Shown: positions 1 to 10,505, counted from the stretch's first letter. The stretch is 64,000 bases of DNA from Alphaproteobacteria bacterium (GCA_017616785.1 JAFZXK010000005.1:7906-71905); one strand, 5' to 3'. Notes: a model not told the origin generated them from the sequence alone. Numbers and translations are program-made.

Positions 1-2
1 GT

Positions 3-3000
3 GCGGCATGTGCCAATTATGGTGTAAAGTTTGGTGCCCAAGGTGGAGAATTAGGTCGAAAGCAGCCATATTGCAGTTATACCTATAAAAGCATTGATAA
101 TGACCCAACCTGTAATAAAATCAATACACTTGCCCAAAAGTTTGGATATACTGCGCGAATAGTTCGTGGTACGGGATGTGTTTTGGATACAACTGGTGGT
201 GTCGGGGGCGACAAATTGGCACAATCAGGAATGCGTTCAGATGAAAAAATAACTAATCTTCGCACCGCATTTGGTATTGATAACAATATGTTTGCAAATA
301 TATCCACAAACATGGATGAATGGTTGTATGACCAAATGCGCATTAATATAGCAAATGAAATGAAACGCGCAGGACATAGTGACCCGCTAGTAAAATTTGA
401 ATGTTTCCCTGCAAAATCTTTTGCATTGGATAAAGGTGTAGAATTTAAATTATTTGGAAATACCAGCGGTCGAAACGTCCTTACATGTCAAGCAAATGGT
501 CATGATATTGATTTTGTGTTTGCGCAACTGGGGCGGTCTACGAAACGTCGTGCAAACGCTTCCCAAGAAGGTTTGACGTGTATATTTGGTTCGAATGGTA
601 AATATGATGGGCGGCAATGCTGGGGTGTAACAGAGGATGATTGTAAAAAATTGGATGCTGCGATAAAAGAAAATGCAAAAACTTGTTCGCAATGTGGTGC
701 CAAATGGGATACCGATATTGGCGGATGTACATTAACAAAATCTACCAAGGTCGAAAAAACGAATAAGGGACTTGAAATTGCGGGAAACATCGCACTTATT
801 GCAGGTGGTGCCGTTCTTACTGTTATGAGTGGTGGTATGGCAATGCCTATGTTGGTCACAGAATTAGCATTGATGGGTGTTGAAATAACTGGTGCGACGG
901 TTGCCGCGGTGGAAGAAAAACATATGAGAAATGTTGCCAACGAATTTTTGGCCAAAACACAATATTGCCATGATGCCGAATGCGCACAGCAATTGTTGAA
1001 TGATACGGAAGTTCACCGTATATTAAATCTTGAATCAAACCTGGATGAAAAACAATCCAAAATCATTGATGATAAACTTGCTGAGTTGCTTCGGGTTATT
1101 CCAGCAGATGCTCCATTATATGTTGCATTGGTAAACGAAACAGAAAACAAACAAAATTGCAATTTCTGGCGTAATGCGACCGCGCAATGTGAATGGGCAC
1201 AGTTTGTACATGCGTGGGCCAACGTGGCACAATTCGCATCATTGGGGGTTGCCCTTGGTCGAAGTGCGGTTAGATTTATAAATGCCAGAAAAGCGATTAT
1301 AGAAGTTGCAGAGCAAACAACAAAAAAGATGACGCGTGCCCAGGCCAAACGCATCGGTGAAATCGATAAAGAAATCAACAAGATAGAAGGTGTCACCCCC
1401 GGTCGCCGAACTGCAAAACAAGCCGAAGATTTGAAAAAATTGCGGCAAGAACGTAATACTATTTTAAACAAGGTCGGCACCAAAGATGCAGATGAATTGG
1501 CCCGGATGCAAAAGGCAGCGTATAATCCCGAACTAGAAAAGGCGCAGAGCGATTATCAAAAATTATTGAAAGAACGTGAAGCGTTGGCACAACGCGTGGG
1601 AACGAACAGGGCCCCGGGCAAGGTGGAACTGCAAGATATTGATCGCCGTATCGCAAATCAAGAAAAGAAACTAAAAGATTTGGGTGCGGATGTCGATCCG
1701 GTTGAACCATTGTGGAAAGGTGATGGCAATGCCTCGACACCGAAGAAAAATGAGACAAAGAATGCACCAAAAGATACTGGGACTGGGACGCCAAAACCCG
1801 CAGAAACCGGCACTGGGGTCGCGTCCACAACAACACAAAGCAAAGTGCGGGCGAAACTTGGTGACAAAACTAATGCAGCCATAGAAGATATAAAATCGGG
1901 GAAGCAGAAACAACTGCAAATTCCAACGAGTCGATTAACGGATGATGAATGGAAAGTATTGAAAGAAGAACTTTCAAAAGAAGGTTTGGAAGTTTCAGAA
2001 GTTCCGGGAAATGCATGGCACTATGTTAAAAAAGCCGATAAAGTTGATGTGGTCAAGCCGGTGCCGAAAGCAACAGCAAATGTGGAGAATAGTGCCGGGG
2101 TGGGCAATACTGCACGTGACGTGTCGGATGGTGCAAGTTCGGCGGGTAATACTGCAAAGAAAACTGGTGATGTGGCGGATGCGGCCAGAAATTCAGATAA
2201 AGCAGATGATGTCGCAAATGTTGTGGCCGAAGTCGAATCCTCGGCATTTCGTAGGGCAACCAGTATACTAAATTCAGAAACAGATTATATAGGTGCTGTA
2301 CGAGATCAACAATTGACAGATTTTGCTATGGATTATCTTGATGATGCGTCGAAAGCTACAACTGAAGCAATGGAAAAAAGCGCATGGCTGAAATACCATC
2401 AAAAAGTTGTTGATTATTTAGCTACAAAATTTGATAGGGCAAAAGCGTTACGCATAGCTTCCCAAAGACGACAAATATATATGAGTATAATTGCTAATGA
2501 TAAAAATTTATCGGACAAAGCATTAAAGTGGAAGAATTTATCGGCAGGCGAAAAACAGGATTTTATGCAAACTTTAGTTGACAGGTTCAGTCAAATACAC
2601 TGTAATGGGCACTCTTGTAATGTGAATGTTACATGGAGTGGTGTAGGTGGTGAAACTCGTTACGCCGAAGGGGGAAATATAACTATAAGTTTAAATAGCG
2701 GCCATGTATATGATGCTAGTCACAAATTGATAAACATATCCCCCAATACCAGTTTAGATGATGCAATGACGGCTTTGGCTCATGAACATGCTCATAGCAT
2801 TGTTTTAAATGCACCGGCACAAAGTTCGATAGATGAACGATTTACAAGAATGGCAATTGTGCATGGAGAAGATGAAAACGGAGTAACGAGCGTTGAAATT
2901 TTTGGGGGAAGGCTCGTTTCTAAGAACGGAAACTATCAAAAATTGCTTACAGAACAAGAAGGTTTCTTAGTTGGTGAAAATGTAGGTAAAAATTTTGAGC

Positions 3001-3941
3001 GAGATTTACGACAAATGATTAGTAAATCTGGTGCTGGGACTAAAGCATCAACAACATTCTCGCCAGTCACCTCCGCTGGGCGTAATGCGGCTCGTAATGC
3101 GATACCTTCAGATTTTTCACCAGTCGCCAAAGAATATATAAATCAAATAAATGACATTGGTAAAACCAGAGATTATGTTGTTATAAAAGGTGTAGGCAAA
3201 AGAAATACTGCTTCTCCTTTGACAAGAAAAGAGAATGATTATGTCAATCAGTTACTCGAAGGTAGGAATGATTTAATTGTTAGACCAATTACTCAAGGAG
3301 ATGGCACAGGTGGTATTTTGGGTGCTAATAAAATTATAGTTCAAAAAACAGATGATATGTTTTCTGTTGAAACGTCAACTGGAATTGATTTGGTTCGTCG
3401 TCTTACAACAAAACCTGTTGATAATCTACGTGGGAAATCTATAACAACTATAAATGGAAAACCTGTATTTTTAGAACCACTTGATAACGGGGGGCTTATT
3501 GGAAATATAGAAGGGCGTCCTGTGGTTGTTGTAAATTACAATGGACATAAAATCCCCTTTTATACCAGTAGTGGAAAAGCTGGTAAACTGAAAGTTCCAA
3601 CAGGCAAATGGGAGGTGTTTTTTGGTTTTGGAAAAGATAATACAGGTTTTCGTTGGTTAAATAAAGCAGATATAGATTCAATTGTTGATCATTATGGTTC
3701 ACCAGAATTGAAAAAAATTGCAGAAGCATTGGATAATGTAATTGGTGATCAACGAAATCTAGAAGATGTTTTTCAAACAATATCTAGAAAAATCTACAAT
3801 GGCATAGGTAATGTTGCAAGTTATGATGGTCCTGTGGCGTCAGAAGATTTTATAAACAGCATGCTTGATTTTGTACCTGTTAATCGTGGCGACAATCGAA
3901 TTTTTAGTAACATTGAACACGTCAAAAGCTATTTCAAGTAA
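3..3941 (+). CDS. Large modular protein, 5'-truncated by the window; polymorphic-toxin-like (Cys-rich N-part, hydrophobic hairpin, linkers, HExxH metallopeptidase-like domain, further C-terminal domain)
   Basis: Frame is open from position 3 (AACANYGVKF...) into the 183..3941 ORF; hydrophobic segment GNIALIAGGAVLTVMSGG...; ALAHEHAH at 2772-2795 with a downstream LTEQEGF. Confidence 0.75.
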   Translation, partial: AACANYGVKFGAQGGELGRKQPYCSYTYKSIDNDPTCNKINTLAQKFGYTARIVRGTGCVLDTTGGVGGDKLAQSGMRSDEKITNLRTAFGIDNNMFANISTNMDEWLYDQMRINIANEMKRAGHSDPLVKFECFPAKSFALDKGVEFKLFGNTSGRNVLTCQANGHDIDFVFAQLGRSTKRRANASQEGLTCIFGSNGKYDGRQCWGVTEDDCKKLDAAIKENAKTCSQCGAKWDTDIGGCTLTKSTKVEKTNKGLEIAGNIALIAGGAVLTVMSGGMAMPMLVTELALMGVEITGATVAAVEEKHMRNVANEFLAKTQYCHDAECAQQLLNDTEVHRILNLESNLDEKQSKIIDDKLAELLRVIPADAPLYVALVNETENKQNCNFWRNATAQCEWAQFVHAWANVAQFASLGVALGRSAVRFINARKAIIEVAEQTTKKMTRAQAKRIGEIDKEINKIEGVTPGRRTAKQAEDLKKLRQERNTILNKVGTKDADELARMQKAAYNPELEKAQSDYQKLLKEREALAQRVGTNRAPGKVELQDIDRRIANQEKKLKDLGADVDPVEPLWKGDGNASTPKKNETKNAPKDTGTGTPKPAETGTGVASTTTQSKVRAKLGDKTNAAIEDIKSGKQKQLQIPTSRLTDDEWKVLKEELSKEGLEVSEVPGNAWHYVKKADKVDVVKPVPKATANVENSAGVGNTARDVSDGASSAGNTAKKTGDVADAARNSDKADDVANVVAEVESSAFRRATSILNSETDYIGAVRDQQLTDFAMDYLDDASKATTEAMEKSAWLKYHQKVVDYLATKFDRAKALRIASQRRQIYMSIIANDKNLSDKALKWKNLSAGEKQDFMQTLVDRFSQIHCNGHSCNVNVTWSGVGGETRYAEGGNITISLNSGHVYDASHKLINISPNTSLDDAMTALAHEHAHSIVLNAPAQSSIDERFTRMAIVHGEDENGVTSVEIFGGRLVSKNGNYQKLLTEQEGFLVGENVGKNFERDLRQMISKSGAGTKASTTFSPVTSAGRNAARNAIPSDFSPVAKEYINQINDIGKTRDYVVIKGVGKRNTASPLTRKENDYVNQLLEGRNDLIVRPITQGDGTGGILGANKIIVQKTDDMFSVETSTGIDLVRRLTTKPVDNLRGKSITTINGKPVFLEPLDNGGLIGNIEGRPVVVVNYNGHKIPFYTSSGKAGKLKVPTGKWEVFFGFGKDNTGFRWLNKADIDSIVDHYGSPELKKIAEALDNVIGDQRNLEDVFQTISRKIYNGIGNVASYDGPVASEDFINSMLDFVPVNRGDNRIFSNIEHVKSYFK

Positions 3942-4371
3942 TATCTAACATAATTGTAATGTTATATTACATTCTGTTGAATAGTTCTTTTAGATGCTTT
4001 ATTTGAATATCTGAAAACCTTCGCCAGGATGCTTTTTTACCACATTTTTCATCCGCTTAATTGTGGTTTGTAGCATACAATTGCCCCTGTAATACCGTAG
4101 GATGATATTTTAATTTGTTTTTTAATTGTTTTGGGGTCAAATTTGGAGCGATATGGAATGTTTTAATTAGACCTTAGCGCCCTAGGGTGCAATCATTTAC
4201 CATCTCTGCATAAACTATACCGATTAAACCGTAAATTTTTCAAGAAGCCTAACAACTTTGACCGACACTTTTTGAACATAGTTTTTTTCTTTGTTTTTCA
4301 AGTGTGCCAAAGCAAAAAATGCTGGTTTGCTAAGGATTTTTGTGCACTGGTATTACTTTGAATGCAAAACA

Positions 4372-4396
4372 AAAATCCGGTGCAAAAGCCCGGATT
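4372..4396 (-). terminator. Intrinsic terminator after tRNA-Gly
   Basis: aatccgg...ccggatt hairpin followed by a T-run on the minus strand. Confidence 0.6.
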
Positions 4397-4412
4397 CATA
4401 ATAAAAACATCT

Positions 4413-4486
4413 TGGTGCGGGCGAAGGGAATCGAACCCTCGTCTAAAGCTTGGGAAGCTTTCGTGCTGCCATTATACCACGCCCGC
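4413..4486 (-). tRNA. tRNA-Gly(CCC)
   Basis: Reverse complement gcgggcgtggtataatgg...aaagcttCCCaagcttt...ggttcgattcccttcgcccgcacca; cloverleaf with encoded CCA. Confidence 0.95.
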
Positions 4487-4536
4487 AATGTGAAAGTAAG
4501 TTTATATCAATCTTGGCCTGTTGTCCAGCAGAAAAA

Positions 4537-4806
4537 CTAACGTGAATGTTGGTCAGAATTGTTAAAGAATAATTCTAATTTTTCTAATCTTTTCTTTGTG
4601 GCCCGATAAACCTTTGGTTTGGGTTTGTTTGCCTGAAGAGATTTTATAGTGTTGACAATTTCTTGAAAAATATCAGCATATGCGGATGGTTTTATGCGCA
4701 ATTGCAACCTTTTGAATTGTTGAATTAATTCCTGCCAATCTTCCTCGTCTTTGGGCTTTGGATTGCCGGCCATATTTAGTACAATTTTATGTCGTGTTTC
4801 GTTCAT
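4537..4806 (-). CDS. Hypothetical protein (ends HSR)
   Basis: 89 aa ORF, SD aaagg upstream. Confidence 0.7.
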   Translation of the reverse strand: MNETRHKIVLNMAGNPKPKDEEDWQELIQQFKRLQLRIKPSAYADIFQEIVNTIKSLQANKPKPKVYRATKKRLEKLELFFNNSDQHSR

Positions 4807-4810
4807 AAAA

Positions 4811-4978
4811 CTACCTTTGATGTTCCTGGTAAAACCGGGTTAAATCCCAATGTCCCCTGTATTTTTTATGTTGGCGGCGTTCAGTAATGTTTTTCTTGGG
4901 CTTTGCCCCAGTTGGTACTTCGTAAACTAAGTTACCACGTTTATAAAATCCGGTTACATTATAAATAGGTTTAGACAT
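4811..4978 (-). CDS. Small hypothetical protein, 55 aa (MSKPIYNVTG...FYQEHQR), not in the ORF track
   Basis: Manual translation; GGAG SD upstream of the ATG; fills the gap between the LysM gene and 4537..4806. Confidence 0.65.
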   Translation of the reverse strand: MSKPIYNVTGFYKRGNLVYEVPTGAKPKKNITERRQHKKYRGHWDLTRFYQEHQR

Positions 4979-4993
4979 TTTTTTGCTCCGTTG

Positions 4994-6163
4994 TTATCTC
5001 ATTGGGATTTGTAGTAATTGTTCGGGGAAAATCAAGTCGGGATTTTCGATATTGTTGCGTTCGGCGATGATGCTAAACAAGACACCGCGGCGCAGAAAGT
5101 TTCGTGCGATAATCCACAAACAATCGCCACGACGCACCGTATAGAATGTGTCGTTATCTCCTGTCATTTCCGGCATAACAAATGTATGGTTTACGCTTGC
5201 GATTGTTTGACCGTCTGCATCGTGCAAGCGTACCGACAATGTATATTCACGTCCCGGCGTCAGTTTGCCAACATCCGCACCAAGACCAAAATGCTTGTAA
5301 TCCGACACGCGCGCTTCGCCAAGGAACATATCGTTTAATGTTAATGACACGCGCAGGCGCGGCAATGCGTCCCCGGTCACAATCAGTCGTCCTGTGTCAA
5401 GATAATCTATTTTTGAAATATTCAAATCCCCGTCTTTAAGTATTGCCGGTGATTGCATAACATGGCTTCCGTCGCGGGTCATCAGTAACGATATGGAATT
5501 CCGATAATCCACATCGGATACATAAAGGAAAACTTTGTCTTCGGATTTTTTGTCGGGTTTGCTGCCCAAAAGCGACATTGTATAATTTCCGGGACGCAAT
5601 CCGCGCATTGGTGAATAAACAAATTCACCGTCGTCGTTTGTCCTTTGGGTTGCGATGATTTTATCGTTCAGCACAATTGAAACATTTTTATTTGGTTGCC
5701 AACGACCGGCGACAACAATCATTCCGTTTGGTTTAATGCGAACAATATCAAAGGTCGGCCTGTCGGTTGTAACCGGTGCGATTTTATTAGATTTAAGCGT
5801 AGTTTGAATTTCAATCGGCTTTTCAGGTGCGGTAAAAACAACAATATCCCGGCCCGCATTTGTCTGTGTAAACATTGCCCAAATTGCAACAAACAATACG
5901 ATAATTGCGCAAAGCATCGGAAACCAATATTCGCACCATATAGATTTTTTATCGTTATCGTTTTCATTTGTTTTCTTGGTTGTCCAAACCGGTTCCGAAT
6001 TGCCACCCTTGTCATCCTCGTTATCGTTCAAAGTTTTCAAGAATCGGCGCGTCAAACGGCGACGACGCGAAAGCCAATTGTCTTGGCGTGCGATTGCGTC
6101 ATCAATCATATTATCGGTTGAACGTTTCGTTTTGCCCATAACGGCGGTGTTATTGTTTGCCAT
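4994..6163 (-). CDS. Membrane-anchored LysM peptidoglycan-binding protein with Ig-like domains
   Basis: Single TM segment; PTFDIVRI motif; C-terminal YTVRRGDCLWIIA...IENPDLIFPEQ LysM. Confidence 0.85.
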   Translation of the reverse strand: MANNNTAVMGKTKRSTDNMIDDAIARQDNWLSRRRRLTRRFLKTLNDNEDDKGGNSEPVWTTKKTNENDNDKKSIWCEYWFPMLCAIIVLFVAIWAMFTQTNAGRDIVVFTAPEKPIEIQTTLKSNKIAPVTTDRPTFDIVRIKPNGMIVVAGRWQPNKNVSIVLNDKIIATQRTNDDGEFVYSPMRGLRPGNYTMSLLGSKPDKKSEDKVFLYVSDVDYRNSISLLMTRDGSHVMQSPAILKDGDLNISKIDYLDTGRLIVTGDALPRLRVSLTLNDMFLGEARVSDYKHFGLGADVGKLTPGREYTLSVRLHDADGQTIASVNHTFVMPEMTGDNDTFYTVRRGDCLWIIARNFLRRGVLFSIIAERNNIENPDLIFPEQLLQIPMR

Positions 6164-6273
6164 ATTTTATCTCCTGTGGGGTGGGTATGTTTTACCAATG
6201 GACAAAATAGCATAAAAAATATTTCTTTGTCAATTTATTTGTGATATAATTGTCTAGAAATATGGGGAGAAAA

Positions 6274-7344
6274 ATGAAAAAGATAGCAATAATGACAACA
6301 GGCGGCGATTGCAGTGGCCTGAATACCGTTATAAATCGTGTTGTTTTGGGTGCAAAAAATCGGGGCTGGCGCGTTTATGGTATCATTGATGGAACCGACG
6401 GATTGTGCCACCGACCGGCAAACGTGATTGAAATGAATTTAGATACGGTTCCAATTGAAAATGCGCGATTGGCGGGCAGTTTTCTGCACAATGGTAATTC
6501 GTGTATGATGAATTTTGAAAAGGCCATTGCCACCGGTCGCATGAAAGAATTTAATAAAATGTTGCATGATTCACTGGCAAAATTAAAATTGGATGCACTT
6601 GTCTTGGTTGGTGGAAATGGCAGTTTTTCTCTTGCGTGGTTAAATCGTGATGTGTACCGCGATTTGTCTTTGGTCTGTATTCCAAAGACCATCGATTTTG
6701 ATATACCGCTTACCGACAGGACAATCGGTTTTGATACCGCGGTTGAACAATTGACCGCCTATTGTGACCAAATTTTGCTGACCGCGCGCAGTCATCATCG
6801 CTGGTTCGTGGTGCAAACAATGGGACGCGATTGTGGGCGGTTGGCACTAAACTCGGGAATCGCGGTTGGTGCCGATGCCATATTAGTTCCGGAAATAAAG
6901 TTCGATGTTGATGAATTGATTCGGCATATAAAATCTATTGAACGCGACTATGGAATTATCATGGTGTCCGAAGGTATAACTCTGCGCGGGCATTCGGGGC
7001 GCCCGGCGGATATGATTGCACGCAAACTAACGGCGGCAGGCATTACTAACCGAACCGCATTCCCAGATTATATTCAACGAACCGGCGATACGGCTGCAAG
7101 CGATAGAATTTTGGCGGCCAAGATGGCAACTTGTGCTTTGAACGCGATTGAAAACAATGAAACATATGTTATGACGGCATTACGTGGTAATGATTGCGTA
7201 ACCGTTCCACTGCCAGATTTTTATGCGGCGGGTGATGTTCGCGCCGACCCGAATATACCGGCAATTAAAACATCAAATGCATATATCGAACCGGACGACC
7301 CATTGTTAAAGGTGGCAATGGAAATGAATGTCTATATGGGATAG
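6274..7344 (+). CDS. pfkA: 6-phosphofructokinase
   Basis: TTGGDCSGLN, GGNGS, PKTID, MGRDCG motifs. Confidence 0.9.
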   Translation: MKKIAIMTTGGDCSGLNTVINRVVLGAKNRGWRVYGIIDGTDGLCHRPANVIEMNLDTVPIENARLAGSFLHNGNSCMMNFEKAIATGRMKEFNKMLHDSLAKLKLDALVLVGGNGSFSLAWLNRDVYRDLSLVCIPKTIDFDIPLTDRTIGFDTAVEQLTAYCDQILLTARSHHRWFVVQTMGRDCGRLALNSGIAVGADAILVPEIKFDVDELIRHIKSIERDYGIIMVSEGITLRGHSGRPADMIARKLTAAGITNRTAFPDYIQRTGDTAASDRILAAKMATCALNAIENNETYVMTALRGNDCVTVPLPDFYAAGDVRADPNIPAIKTSNAYIEPDDPLLKVAMEMNVYMG

Positions 7345-7396
7345 TGGTTAGTGTAAGTGGTTAGTGTGGATAATAAGATAATAATTGGACGGACAC

Positions 7397-7557
7397 TTGA
7401 CTTTTGTATATTTTTAATGCATAATGGACGCGCAAATCCCAAAGATTGCCATTTGAATAAATCCTGTATGCGGTATGCATAAGGCACATCATCCGTTGAG
7501 TTTCAACCTTGATGTCGGTTTTCTTTGTGGACTAAACAGTTAAAAAAGGAGTAAAAT
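7397..7557 (+). promoter_or_regulatory. sigma70 promoter and structured 5' leader of rpsP
   Basis: TTGACT-17-CATAAT at 7397-7425; hairpins in the ~125 nt UTR; SD aaggag. Confidence 0.55.
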
Positions 7558-8010
7558 ATGGCAACTGTTATTCGTTTGGCGCGCTATGGTGCGAAAAAGC
7601 GTCCGTATTATCATATTGTGGTTACCGATTCGCGTAATGCGCGTAATTCGGGCAATGTATTAGAGGTTGTTGGTAAATACGACCCGATGTTGGCGCGCGA
7701 TAATGAAAAACGCGTGGTTTTGAAAACCGAAGAGATTAAGGCATGGATGGCAAAGGGTGCAAAACCGTCCGACCGTGTGTATCGTTTCCTTGCCAATGCG
7801 GGTTTGGTTGCAAAACGCGCGATTCCGGTTCAGACAAAAAAGAATCTGCAATCTGAAAAAACATTGCAAAAAATTAAAGACAAAGCGGACAAATTGGCCA
7901 AGATAGCCGAAGAAAAAGCCGCCGCCGAAGCGGCCGCCAAGGCCGCAGCCGAAACACCAGCGGAAGCCCCGGCAGAAGAAGCGCCTGCGACAGGGACCGC
8001 CGCGGAATAA
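7558..8010 (+). CDS. rpsP: 30S ribosomal protein S16
   Basis: [22 protein letters not shown]. Confidence 0.97.
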   Translation: MATVIRLARYGAKKRPYYHIVVTDSRNARNSGNVLEVVGKYDPMLARDNEKRVVLKTEEIKAWMAKGAKPSDRVYRFLANAGLVAKRAIPVQTKKNLQSEKTLQKIKDKADKLAKIAEEKAAAEAAAKAAAETPAEAPAEEAPATGTAAE

Positions 8011-8013
8011 TTA

Positions 8014-8478
8014 ATGGAACCGCATTCGCACATTTTGGTTGGAAAGATTGTCGCACCCCAAGGAATCCGGGGCGAGGTTCGTGTTCAAACATTTACCGCC
8101 GCCCCGTCTGATTTCAAGGATTTATCCGTATTCAGTGATAAAATCGCGGCGGGTGCGTTGCACTTTGTGCGCACTGTGCCGAACACCAATGTTGTTATCA
8201 TGCGGGTTGATGGTGTCGCTGACCGAAATGCCGCCGAAGGTTTGCGGGGAACAGAACTCTTTATAAACCGCAACGATTTGCCGCAACCCAAACCCGGCGA
8301 ATATTACCAAGCGGACCTGATTGGCATGACCGTTGTGCGTGCTGGGGTCGAATTGGGACGCGTTGTGTGTTTCCAAAACTTTGGCGCCGGCGATATTATG
8401 GAATTGGACAACGGCGATATGGTCGCGTTTCGTGGCGCGGCGGTGGATTTCGAAAAAAAAATAATACAGGTTAAGTAA
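8014..8478 (+). CDS. rimM: Ribosome maturation factor RimM
   Basis: VGKIVAPQGIRGEVRV, DRNAAEGLRG, EYYQADLIG; synteny. Confidence 0.95.
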   Translation: MEPHSHILVGKIVAPQGIRGEVRVQTFTAAPSDFKDLSVFSDKIAAGALHFVRTVPNTNVVIMRVDGVADRNAAEGLRGTELFINRNDLPQPKPGEYYQADLIGMTVVRAGVELGRVVCFQNFGAGDIMELDNGDMVAFRGAAVDFEKKIIQVK

Positions 8479-8490
8479 AAGGAATATGAT

Positions 8491-8760
8491 ATGAGAACTA
8501 TATATATAGATGAGGAACCAATTCGTGTGGAAACAGGATGCGGACTGCGTCCATTGCATAAATGTCCGGTTCAGGTTTGGGCAAAACAAAATGGTATAAC
8601 TTGTACAATGTCGCGGGCCTTTCCGTGGAAACCCGAAATTTTCCTTTGGACCGAAGATGACCATAATAAAACCTTTGCCGAAATGGTTCAAAATTTGTGC
8701 GATAGTTGCTATTATGGCGAAATATACAAAATAAAAAAGAACCTTGATAATCAACGGTAA
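8491..8760 (+). CDS. Small Cys-containing hypothetical protein (C-x7-CP...CxxC, ends NQR)
   Basis: SD aagga; ORF inside the rimM-trmD interval. Confidence 0.7.
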   Translation: MRTIYIDEEPIRVETGCGLRPLHKCPVQVWAKQNGITCTMSRAFPWKPEIFLWTEDDHNKTFAEMVQNLCDSCYYGEIYKIKKNLDNQR

Positions 8761-8814
8761 TGTTTTATGCTTTGTGTGGAGTGAACTAATAATATCTTAA
8801 AAAAGGGGTAAAAT

Positions 8815-9048
8815 ATGTATAGTAATATAAATCTGCAATTAGTTTCTGTATTGTGTCCAGATGGAATGAACAAGCAAAATTGTCCTGTGCGGCAATATAT
8901 TGCAAGCAAATCCGACTTGTTCAACATGTCGGTAAATGAAGATTTGTTTACATTGGCAAAACCGTATGACAATGCACGTGGTAAATACGAAGGTGCGTTG
9001 TTCGATATTTATAACCTTTGTCAAAATTGTCAGAAGCGTTCAAAATAA
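8815..9048 (+). CDS. Small Cys-containing hypothetical protein (C-x8-CP...CxxC)
   Basis: SD aagggg; similar Cys pattern to 8491 and 14532 ORFs. Confidence 0.7.
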   Translation: MYSNINLQLVSVLCPDGMNKQNCPVRQYIASKSDLFNMSVNEDLFTLAKPYDNARGKYEGALFDIYNLCQNCQKRSK

Positions 9049-9066
9049 AATGTAAAAGCAAAATAA

Positions 9067-9756
9067 ATGCACTTTAATATACTGACCGTTTTTCCAGAAA
9101 TGTTCCCCGGCACATTGGGTGCCGGCGTGGTTGGGCGTGCGTTGGCGGACGGAATTTGGTCGTATGATGTTATAAACATTCGCGACTTTGCCATAAATGA
9201 TTATGGCAGTGTTGATGACACGCAATTCGGTGGCGGTTCGGGCATGGTTATGCGCCCCGATGTGTTGGGTGCGGCGATTGATTCGATTAAAAATCCGGGG
9301 CAAATTATATACTTTTCCCCGCGAGGTCCAAGGTTTAATCAAAAAATGGTGCGTGAATTTACGCGCGCACCGGAAAATCGGGTATTCACCCTGCTCTGTG
9401 GTCGGTACGAAGGAATTGACCAGCGGGTAATTGATGAATACAACATTATGGAATTATCCATTGGCGATTATATTTTATCTGGTGGTGAAATCGCCGCGCA
9501 AGTTTTTATTGACAGCACGGTTCGCGTGTTGGATAATGTCCTTGGTGGCGGTGCGGAATCGACCACCAATGAAAGTTTTGAAATCGGGGGGCTGGAATGG
9601 CCGTTATATACCCGCCCGTCGGCATGGCGTGGACGTGATGTCCCGGAAGTCCTGCTGTCTGGTCACCACGGCAATATAGAACGGTGGCGGAAACAACAAT
9701 CGGACGAAATAACAAGGCAACGTCGTCCGGACTTAATAAAGGAAAATAAAAAATGA
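9067..9756 (+). CDS. trmD: tRNA (guanine37-N1)-methyltransferase
   Basis: [33 protein letters not shown]. Confidence 0.97.
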   Translation: MHFNILTVFPEMFPGTLGAGVVGRALADGIWSYDVINIRDFAINDYGSVDDTQFGGGSGMVMRPDVLGAAIDSIKNPGQIIYFSPRGPRFNQKMVREFTRAPENRVFTLLCGRYEGIDQRVIDEYNIMELSIGDYILSGGEIAAQVFIDSTVRVLDNVLGGGAESTTNESFEIGGLEWPLYTRPSAWRGRDVPEVLLSGHHGNIERWRKQQSDEITRQRRPDLIKENKK

Positions 9757-10160
9757 ACATTATTAAAAAAATAGAAGAAAAAAATATCGCAAAGGTTAAG
9801 GGCGACAAGGTTATTCCAAACTTCAAGGCCGGTGATACTTTGCGCGTGCATGTAAAAATCAAAGATGGCGACAAGTTCCGTATTCAGATATTCGAAGGTG
9901 TCGTTATCGCCCGTGATGGTGGCGAAGGAAATACCGCCGCGTTCACGGTGCGCCGCGAATCTTATGGGGTTGGCGTTGAACGCAAGTTCCCACTTTACAG
10001 CCCGGCAATTGAAAAAATTGAAAAGGTTCGTATCGGTCGCGTTCGTCGTGCGAAATTGTTCTTTTTGCGGAAACTTTCCGGTAAAAAGGCGCGTATCGTC
10101 GAAGATTTGTCGGCAACAAGCGCGGAAAAAGGCACAAAGACCGAAAAGAGCGAAAAATAA
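9753..10160 (+). CDS. rplS: 50S ribosomal protein L19
   Basis: [37 protein letters not shown]. Confidence 0.97.
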   Translation: MNIIKKIEEKNIAKVKGDKVIPNFKAGDTLRVHVKIKDGDKFRIQIFEGVVIARDGGEGNTAAFTVRRESYGVGVERKFPLYSPAIEKIEKVRIGRVRRAKLFFLRKLSGKKARIVEDLSATSAEKGTKTEKSEK

Positions 10161-10177
10161 ATTCCCATCTGATTCAC

Positions 10178-10204
10178 AAAAATCCCGCAAATGCGGGATT
10201 TTTT
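10178..10204. terminator. Bidirectional intrinsic terminator
   Basis: aaaaatcccgc-aaat-gcgggattttt between convergent genes. Confidence 0.8.
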
Positions 10205-10208
10205 AGTG

Positions 10209-10499
10209 CTAGCATCTTTTTTTACGTTTATTGTGTTTTTGATAATATGCGGTTAGCAAGAATACGGCCACAATAAATACCAAATCTAGTGTGGCGATAA
10301 ATATCACACCAACCTCTGGTGTTTCCAACAGAACATACCCCAAATAAGACAAATCTGTTGTAATCCACACGAACCAAGATGTTAAACTTAAATCGTCCGC
10401 GTGCCGGGTTTTTAATATCTTAATAATCTGGGGAATATAGGCAACAAATTCCAAAATGGTATAAACAGACAAAAACGCATAAGCAAGCATTTCTTTCAT
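10209..10499 (-). CDS. PQ-loop (SemiSWEET-like) membrane protein
   Basis: AYIPQIIKILKTRHADDLSLTSW; three TM helices. Confidence 0.8.
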   Translation of the reverse strand: MKEMLAYAFLSVYTILEFVAYIPQIIKILKTRHADDLSLTSWFVWITTDLSYLGYVLLETPEVGVIFIATLDLVFIVAVFLLTAYYQKHNKRKKRC

Positions 10500-10505
10500 A
10501 AAAAT

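Noticed and set aside
3943-3970. ttatgttagat (minus strand) resembles a XerD arm of dif
   Set aside because: No convincing XerC arm; better explained as an AT-rich hairpin after the toxin-like gene
3960-4175. Possible immunity gene or pseudogene after the toxin-like ORF
   Set aside because: Only interrupted minus-strand frames without a start, SD or recognisable motif
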